Under the pieces are notes generated by a model. That model saw only the letters and a list, made by a program, of their open reading frames with translations. It was not told the DNA's origin and did not search any database. From Escherichia phage vB_EcoP-101114UKE3, in the sequence record NC_070982.1: 64,000 bases of DNA; one strand, written 5' to 3'. The position numbers and the translations under genes were made by a program. Positions 58,242-64,000 of the stretch are shown here, piece after piece (the first letter of the stretch is position 1; each line of letters begins with the position of its first letter).

Positions 58242-58451
58242 TTAATCAATTAAACTAAACGATTTCCAACTACGTGTAATTGCTACCTTTTCGCCATCAA
58301 AGAGAACACTTACAGAGATCAGTTTACCGCGACAACTGGATACCGTGGTAATACGTCCGGTTAATGCCTTACCTTTATTCAGGTAGTGATAGCGGACACG
58401 ACGTCCTAACAAACGAGTAGCTTTCTTCTCTAACGTGCTTAAGCTGGTCAT
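58242..58451 (-). CDS. small hypothetical protein
   Basis: 69-aa ORF. Confidence 0.35.
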   Translation of the reverse strand: MTSLSTLEKKATRLLGRRVRYHYLNKGKALTGRITTVSSCRGKLISVSVLFDGEKVAITRSWKSFSLID

Positions 58452-58672
58452 TAAATAGCCCCTTTATGTTGGAGTGATCTTACACGACGATACATAACAG
58501 TTGATGCACTAATCGCCGCTTGTTTTCTTTCGTGCTCATGCTGATTCTTTCGAATCTTATCCATCTCGGCATCATTACGACGACGTTGTAAGATTCTGCT
58601 ACATTTGCGATGGTTGTTATTAGCACGTGCTTTCTTACAGATAGGGCAAAGGTGGGATTGAGTTAAAATCAT
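58451..58672 (-). CDS. small basic zinc-finger protein
   Basis: CPIC...C motif. Confidence 0.35.
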   Translation of the reverse strand: MILTQSHLCPICKKARANNNHRKCSRILQRRRNDAEMDKIRKNQHEHERKQAAISASTVMYRRVRSLQHKGAI

Positions 58673-58893
58673 TTGCGAAGCCCTAACTTACGAAGGAATC
58701 GGCCTAGCTTAGTTTCCTGCGTGATAGTGTAAGTAACAGAGTTTTCAATCAATGCTTGTTCTTGAATCGGCGACGGATACCACTCGCCAGTAAGAATGCA
58801 TTTGCATTCGATTCCGTATTTATCGGTTTTACGATATGTCATGTTGTTGAGAATGTTACGATACATCTTAACTTCTGTTTTCAGTTTTGGCAT
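58669..58893 (-). CDS. small hypothetical protein
   Basis: 74-aa ORF. Confidence 0.35.
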   Translation of the reverse strand: MPKLKTEVKMYRNILNNMTYRKTDKYGIECKCILTGEWYPSPIQEQALIENSVTYTITQETKLGRFLRKLGLRK

Positions 58894-59001
58894 GGTGTTT
58901 ATCTCTTTTTAGTTTCTTTGATTAGTACACTGAATCAATGCACTAGTAAAAGAAAAGGCGCTACCCTTTCGAATAGCGCCTTATGTGTTCTTTATTGTTG
59001 G

Positions 59002-59904
59002 TTATGCTGCCTGTTGGCGTGCTGCCATGATTTCGGCAGCTTTGCGCAACACTTCTTCTTCTTCCTGCGCAGCTTTCTCGTTCGCTTTGATAGTTGAAGC
59101 ATTTGAGATGCGACCACGAAGGTTAGACAATTTTTCAGTCATTTCGTTGATCGCTTTTTCCATTTCATCAGCGTATGAGTCCAGAGATTCAAGCTCTTTA
59201 GTCGAGGCATTAATCAGGTAGTCGTCGCTGATAGATACAGTTGATGCGGTCACTTTCTTAAGGAGTGAATCGAAAGTTTTCTTAACTTTGCCTACTTCTT
59301 CACTCAATGCGATAGTATTGTCAGAAGATGCGCCGTTGCGTTCATCTGCCAGTAGTGCCGCTTCAATACGGATTGCAGCCAGACGGTCAACCAGTGCATA
59401 AATATCCTGATTAAAGTTTTCGTTAACCTTCTGGTTGATTTGATTTGCTACCGGAACATTGTCGTTGCAACCTTTGTAGAATGCTGGGTTATCAACCTGC
59501 ACGTCTTCACCTTTAGCAAAGCGTTCAAAGGAATTAGACCAGCGGGCGCGGTTTTGTTCCATTTTGGCCTTAACTTGTTCCGGTTTAGCATCCTCTTTCG
59601 CTTTCGCTTCACCTTCCAGATTAATCCATTTCTTTTTACCGTTCGCCCCGTCAGTGTTATATTTGATAGGAGTAAGGAAAGAGATTGCAACCGAAATTAC
59701 ATCTAAATCACGATAACGCTCAGTTAACAAGAAATCAACCGCCGCCTGCAATACATCCAGTTTCTTACCGTTGGTGCGGAAGTGCTGCAAATGGCCTAAC
59801 AGGAAGTTAGAAACATCTTGTTTGATTGCCGCGTTGTTGCTACGAATGTTGTTAGCCAGTGCATTAAAGCCGGATTCGTTAACCAGATTAAAAACTTTAG
59901 CCAT
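59002..59904 (-). CDS. hypothetical early protein
   Basis: ATG 59904 (MAKVFNL) with AAGGTG SD; helical with E/K-rich C-terminus. Confidence 0.45.
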   Translation of the reverse strand: MAKVFNLVNESGFNALANNIRSNNAAIKQDVSNFLLGHLQHFRTNGKKLDVLQAAVDFLLTERYRDLDVISVAISFLTPIKYNTDGANGKKKWINLEGEAKAKEDAKPEQVKAKMEQNRARWSNSFERFAKGEDVQVDNPAFYKGCNDNVPVANQINQKVNENFNQDIYALVDRLAAIRIEAALLADERNGASSDNTIALSEEVGKVKKTFDSLLKKVTASTVSISDDYLINASTKELESLDSYADEMEKAINEMTEKLSNLRGRISNASTIKANEKAAQEEEEVLRKAAEIMAARQQAA

Positions 59905-59971
59905 GATATTCACCTTTCAATTGTAAGGGCACTATGCCCCGCTCTCTATGAGCTTTTTAAGTCACTATTGA

Positions 59972-60007
59972 CTTATCAATAATCACTCAATATCAAGTAA
60001 TTATTGA
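59972..60007. promoter_or_regulatory. perfect 11-bp inverted repeat TTATCAATAAT / ATTATTGATAA
   Basis: arms separated by about 15 bp, 70 nt upstream of first early gene. Confidence 0.4.
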
Positions 60008-60720
60008 TAAGCGAGGCGGTCTTATCAGGAGTTAACCTTGCCGCCTCCTTATCCGTGATGTTTCATCTGGTATCTTTAATTAGTCGCTATAAATAAAGCC
60101 GACCTGATAGCGATGATCAATCATCACAATAAGGCAGTGCGTCCGACTCTATTTAATTACTTTATCGTAACCGTCGGCAATATCGTCTACTTTGCTTTCG
60201 CTCCCGCCTATCCTTTTGTACTAACTCTCAATCGCTAACCATCGCCCACTACGGGAGGTTATTGCGAAAGAGTCATTAGCCGTCTAATACATTGACGTTT
60301 TATATCTTTCAGCAGGTTTACTACATAAACTGATTATGTACGCCATCAATAGTGGCCTCAAATCATTCACATCGTAAACGTTCACACTAAACCTTATTGT
60401 TAAATAGCAATTTGCCACTTTTTAACCATTCACCGCCGCCCCCAATTGGGCGTTAATTCGTCGGATTTGCCTACCCTGATAAACTTCTTTCACTGTAGCA
60501 CCTTGTTAGCGATGGCCGCCGCTACCCTTTAACCGTGGGCGATTAGTTTAGGCCGTTGCGTGTACTCAATGAATCCGTTTTATCAGTGGTGACGTTTCCA
60601 GTTAAGGGATTGTAAAAACTGTTTACCCTGATAATTTAGGGAGTCTTACGCCGTTTTATCTGGTATGTTTTCCGATGGTTATTATCATCCAACATATTCA
60701 ACCGATATAGGAGAATGTTT

Positions 60721-60737
60721 AAATTGTTAAAGAGCGG
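60721..60737. repeat. 17-bp repeat AAATTGTTAAAGAGCGG (copy 1)
   Basis: exact copy at 61088-61104; core TTAAAGAGCGG also near 60958 and partial near 61498. Confidence 0.5.
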
Positions 60738-60823
60738 TAAATCTATCAGTGTGCTTTCTCACACTATGCAACTGTTAGCCGTTGTTACGCTTTTCTTAAG
60801 CGGTGAATTGCTTAAGTGTGCTC

Positions 60824-60852
60824 ATTATGAATCATGCTGTTTTAGCTGTCAA
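60824..60852 (-). promoter_or_regulatory. sigma70-type early promoter P1
   Basis: minus-strand TTGACA, 17-nt spacer, CATAAT. Confidence 0.5.
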
Positions 60853-60990
60853 CCGCTTTTTTAATCTTTTTCGTCGTTCCCTTTATTGGGAGGATATATC
60901 AATCAGCTATATTTGATTGAAGATTAAGCGGTAAGGCTTAACTCACGATTCATATTTTTAAAGAGCGGTGTTTCTTACTGCTTGGTGAAC

Positions 60991-61018
60991 ATTCTATCAG
61001 AGTATTTCACCTTGTCAA
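60991..61018 (-). promoter_or_regulatory. sigma70-type early promoter P2
   Basis: minus-strand TTGACA, 16-nt spacer, extended -10 TGATAGAAT. Confidence 0.5.
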
Positions 61019-61087
61019 CTCTTTTTATCATCTTCTTTTATTCTATTCCCTTATCTCGCTTGAATCTATGCGAAAGGGCAAGATGAT

Positions 61088-61104
61088 AAATTGTTAAAGA
61101 GCGG
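61088..61104. repeat. 17-bp repeat AAATTGTTAAAGAGCGG (copy 2)
   Basis: exact repeat of 60721-60737. Confidence 0.5.
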
Positions 61105-61149
61105 GGCACTAAGTGCCGGATGTTTCAAGTCATCGCTGACCGTGTGAAC

Positions 61150-61177
61150 ATCTTATCATAATGATTCGATGTGTCAA
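61150..61177 (-). promoter_or_regulatory. sigma70-type early promoter P3
   Basis: minus-strand TTGACA, 16-nt spacer, extended -10 TGATAAGAT. Confidence 0.45.
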
Positions 61178-61239
61178 CAACTATTTTTCGATTAATGCAT
61201 CTTGATAAACTAGCGACCGTTAAGGCCGCTAACCTTACC

Positions 61240-61440
61240 TTAGTTCATACGTTTAAAGGTTAAATCTTTATCTGTACTTACCAGCGATAACACCGCAATA
61301 GCTTTGCCTTTATCGGCATCGGCTACCATCTCTTTTGCCTGCTGTAATGTACTACCGACTATTCTCATAATCATGTTAGTAACGTTAATGCTAGTGCAAG
61401 TGATTTGCGTGTCTTTGCTTGAGAAGGTGTAGATGTTCAT
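61240..61440 (-). CDS. small hypothetical protein
   Basis: start MNIYTF with GAGGA SD. Confidence 0.35.
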   Translation of the reverse strand: MNIYTFSSKDTQITCTSINVTNMIMRIVGSTLQQAKEMVADADKGKAIAVLSLVSTDKDLTFKRMN

Positions 61441-61799
61441 TGATAAATCCTCGTTATGGCATGGTTGAGAGTTTATCAAGATACACTAATCGAATTATTA
61501 AAGAGCAAGGCTAAACATCTAGCCTATCAGGAGGTAACTTACTGCATCACGTCCTGATAAGATTCAATATACACTATCCTAAAACCGTTGCAAGTCTTTT
61601 TCTAAAATAATTTCACTTTCTTTTAGGCATAAAGGAACGAACACACGAATAACATCAAGGGAGGAAGAAAACAAGCTCTATAATCGAAATCTAGGCACAT
61701 AGGAAGCATCCTAGCGAGCTAAACAGGGGCAAGATGTGCAATCACCTTAGAAATGAAAAAAGCGCCTCAAAAGGGCGCTTAGAGAGTCTTACGGATTGG

Positions 61800-62126
61800 T
61801 TACGGATTGGTGCAAGTGCCGTTACCGGATGATATTTCGTTCATCGACTCATCGAACAACGTCATGCTAGACCGCATCATGTGATCTATAGTGATTTGCT
61901 TTCCGGTAATTTCGTTAACAAGCATTGCAGACTTACTATCAACTATCTTGCTGTCGTAGTCGTTCAGGTCAATCAATACTACCTTGCTGGACTTCTTGCC
62001 AGTGTCGTAGTTTTCCATAAGATAGGTGCATTGCAGACCATCTAAACTAGCCTCGTTGAATACGGCAGCATAGGACACGGAAGAAATAGCGAACAAAGCA
62101 GAACATACAGCTAATTTAATTTTCAT
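61800..62126 (-). CDS. small secreted protein
   Basis: signal peptide MKIKLAVCSALFAISSVSYAA. Confidence 0.45.
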   Translation of the reverse strand: MKIKLAVCSALFAISSVSYAAVFNEASLDGLQCTYLMENYDTGKKSSKVVLIDLNDYDSKIVDSKSAMLVNEITGKQITIDHMMRSSMTLFDESMNEISSGNGTCTNP

Positions 62127-62218
62127 GATCCAACCCTTAAGCGGAACGTGCAACAAAGAAAAACAAGTCATAGATAAATGCTATGATACAGAGAACTAAC
62201 AGACAATGCAAAAAATAC

Positions 62219-62491
62219 TTATGTAACATTACTCACCACTTTATCTAGATGATCATCGAACGTTTCACAAATGGATTGCACTTCGTCAATATCTAGTAAC
62301 AGACCGTGACGGGCAAAGAATTGAGCTAACTCAAGATAATCCGCACCAATAAGCATGACACCATTGAAAGGGGCGATCTTAACATCTTGAGATGTTACCA
62401 ATAATAAATTACCAATATCAGCAATAGCGTCATAATTCAGCGTAACGCCTACACCGTAATTGTGTGTTTCAATAATGGCAATAGTTTCCAT
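62219..62491 (-). CDS. hypothetical acidic protein
   Basis: 90-aa ORF coupled to upstream gene. Confidence 0.4.
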   Translation of the reverse strand: METIAIIETHNYGVGVTLNYDAIADIGNLLLVTSQDVKIAPFNGVMLIGADYLELAQFFARHGLLLDIDEVQSICETFDDHLDKVVSNVT

Positions 62492-62493
62492 CG

Positions 62494-62742
62494 TTAATTA
62501 TCCTCGACGGTTAGTAGTTCTTCCAGTGACAAACCGGATTTAACCAGCAAATCACGATATTCGTTAGCATCCATCGGATCGAGGCCGGATAATCGGGCAA
62601 CGGTCATGCGTGCATGTGCTGAAGACAAGGAAGCTAAAGCACGGATAGGGATCAATACAAGCCCATATTTACCGCTGATAACTAAATCACCGTGCTGGAT
62701 GCACATATGAGCATTTACTACGATTGCAAATGATTCATTCAC
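62494..62742 (-). CDS. hypothetical protein
   Basis: 82-aa ORF, start overlaps upstream stop. Confidence 0.4.
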   Translation of the reverse strand: MNESFAIVVNAHMCIQHGDLVISGKYGLVLIPIRALASLSSAHARMTVARLSGLDPMDANEYRDLLVKSGLSLEELLTVEDN

Positions 62743-63239
62743 TGGATAGCCTCACAATTAGCAAAGTTAATAAAGGTTGTATAAACTGCTACACCGTCAT
62801 GATATGCAGTCGTAGCGAGTATGGTTTCACTTACATCACCATAGCTAACGAGATTAGTTACAAACTGTAATTTCTCTTTCTCAACCTTCTGATACAGAGA
62901 ATACGTCACCATATCGTGATCACTATCAGCACGTTTCAATTTAATGACTGACTGAGTGCCGGATTTCTCGCCCAATGGGGTAAGAGTGACACGCACATTA
63001 GCGGTAGTGACTTCATTGAAGTGAACACGCCAGAATGCATCATTGCCATCACTTCCAACGTCACGGCAAGCCATATCAGGAGCGTTCTTAAATGTGCTAA
63101 CAAAAGATTGCAGACCAGTAGGAGCGGATAACCTCTTATCATCTTTAGCCTGCACATTGGTAGCGATAGCACTAACACCGATAGCTGCAACCAGTGCATA
63201 AGACGCTAGATTGATAGCCTGCATTGCTTTGATAGCCAT
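62739..63239 (-). CDS. secreted/periplasmic protein
   Basis: start MAIKAMQ with AGGAG SD; signal peptide ending ATNVQA. Confidence 0.45.
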   Translation of the reverse strand: MAIKAMQAINLASYALVAAIGVSAIATNVQAKDDKRLSAPTGLQSFVSTFKNAPDMACRDVGSDGNDAFWRVHFNEVTTANVRVTLTPLGEKSGTQSVIKLKRADSDHDMVTYSLYQKVEKEKLQFVTNLVSYGDVSETILATTAYHDGVAVYTTFINFANCEAIQ

Positions 63240-63520
63240 TATTACTACTCCTGATAGATGAAAGATTGTTTGTCGTGTGTAGTTACTTAGGCTGATCAAC
63301 CTTCACTACTCACTATCACCGCTAACTACTTTACATCACTGCTTCATTAACGATAATTCAAACTACGATTGCAACTATATATTAAAGGAAAAACATGTCA
63401 ACCACTTATTTTCAAACTCTTTCATAACTCACTGAATATAAAAGGAATTTAATTTACTAAACTTTCTTACTCAGAGATACAGCTTACCAAATAGATGTTA
63501 TTTTATAACACTTACAGAAC

Positions 63521-63615
63521 GGGTAGCAGACCAACGGGATAGATAGATGGGTAAGACGTGCCGCATAGGTTAGCCAATGGGTAAGAAGCCTAACGAGGAA
63601 GGGGAAACGGGTAGG
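63521..63615. repeat. cluster of five GGGTA(A/G)G-type short repeats
   Basis: GGGTAG, GGGATAG, GGGTAAG, GGGTAAG, GGGTAGG at 13-30 bp spacing in ORF-free DNA. Confidence 0.45.
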
Positions 63616-63688
63616 ATATAATGTAAGTTAGTTACAGGTAACAGGTCAGACCATGCGGTAATAAATTACCAGTCAAATTCCTACTCAT

Positions 63689-63760
63689 CAAAAGAAAAAA
63701 GAAACGCTGAAAAAAGAAAAGAATAAAAGAAAGAATAAAAATAATAACTAAAGTAAACAA
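63689..63760. repeat. 70-bp purine (A/G) tract on plus strand
   Basis: aaaagaaaaaagaaacgctgaaaaaagaaaagaataaaagaaagaataaaaataataa. Confidence 0.5.
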
Positions 63761-63848
63761 CTACCAGTCTAATGATACATACATCAATAATCCACTCATG
63801 AAACATTAACATAGGTTATTACTATTAAACTTGGGGTAGTGTGAGGAT

Positions 63849-63857
63849 TGTTATAAT
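63849..63857 (+). promoter_or_regulatory. extended -10 element TGtTATAAT (rightward)
   Basis: perfect TGnTATAAT; weak -35; target lies beyond window. Confidence 0.3.
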
Positions 63858-64000
63858 TGCATGGTGTTACCATTACTAACCTCACTATGATAGCCCTTAC
63901 TATTAGCCCTCTTATTATCACCCCTTAACAGTACATCAGAGTCTAGCCTTTCATCCTTCCTTAACATGAGTAGAAGAAATACGGGTGGGATATTACTGGT

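Noticed and set aside
127-59706. Plus-strand ORFs lying inside minus-strand genes and minus-strand ORFs inside late genes (for example 127..390, 1230..1442, 5207..5425, 13240..13620, 23797..24009, 36053..36235, 38140..38469, 47252..47635, 59440..59706)
   Set aside because: They are antisense to long ORFs with recognisable domains and coupled starts, lack Shine-Dalgarno context and show no motifs; treated as shadow ORFs.
60700-60860. Small plus-strand ORF (49 aa) starting at ATG about 60717 after AGGAGA
   Set aside because: SD-to-ATG spacing is only 1 nt and the ORF runs through promoter and repeat elements; more likely regulatory DNA.
63521-63615. CRISPR array
   Set aside because: Repeats are only 6-7 bp with irregular 13-30 bp spacing and no cas genes; no CRISPR array is present in the window.
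1-64000. Integrase, repressor or attachment site indicating a prophage
   Set aside because: No recombinase motifs found; gene content (own sigma factor, replication module, lysis genes) fits a virulent phage. The ORF-poor end could still be a genome terminus rather than a host junction.

Overview
The window reads as about 64 kb of a lytic tailed dsDNA phage genome. Gene content resembles phiEco32-like podoviruses (own ECF-like sigma factor, a single tRNA-Arg, an ATP-grasp/amidotransferase/amidoligase cassette); that assignment is from memory, not a search. Layout: (1) nt 1-18640, plus-strand late module: tail fibres (one with a self-cleaving chaperone domain), GH24 lysozyme, Ig-like repeat protein, SLT-domain virion protein, Q/N-rich internal proteins and a 1481-aa ejection-type protein, closed by a bidirectional terminator. 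(2) nt 18758-59904, about 100 minus-strand genes: HNH nuclease, flap endonuclease, dNMP kinase, sigma factor, spanins, SSB, phosphatases, family-A DNA polymerase, PhoH, ThyX-like, thioredoxin, Dps-like, dCTP deaminase, nucleotidyltransferase, DnaQ-like exonuclease, primase-helicase, a 10-kb amide-ligase cassette (39.6-49.7 kb), then an early region of small paralogous genes with tRNA-Arg(UCU). (3) nt 59.9-64 kb: ORF-poor regulatory region with three sigma70-type promoters, repeats and a few secreted-protein genes. No capsid, portal, terminase, integrase or CRISPR array is in the window. The strongest candidate for an undescribed system is the amide-ligase cassette, whose product and target are unknown; a ProQ/FinO-like protein, a duplicated structured non-coding element and a standalone ligase-Ia-like protein are further leads. 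All calls come from reading the sequence and ORF track by eye; no database search or folding was run, and derived coordinates may be off by 1-3 nt.
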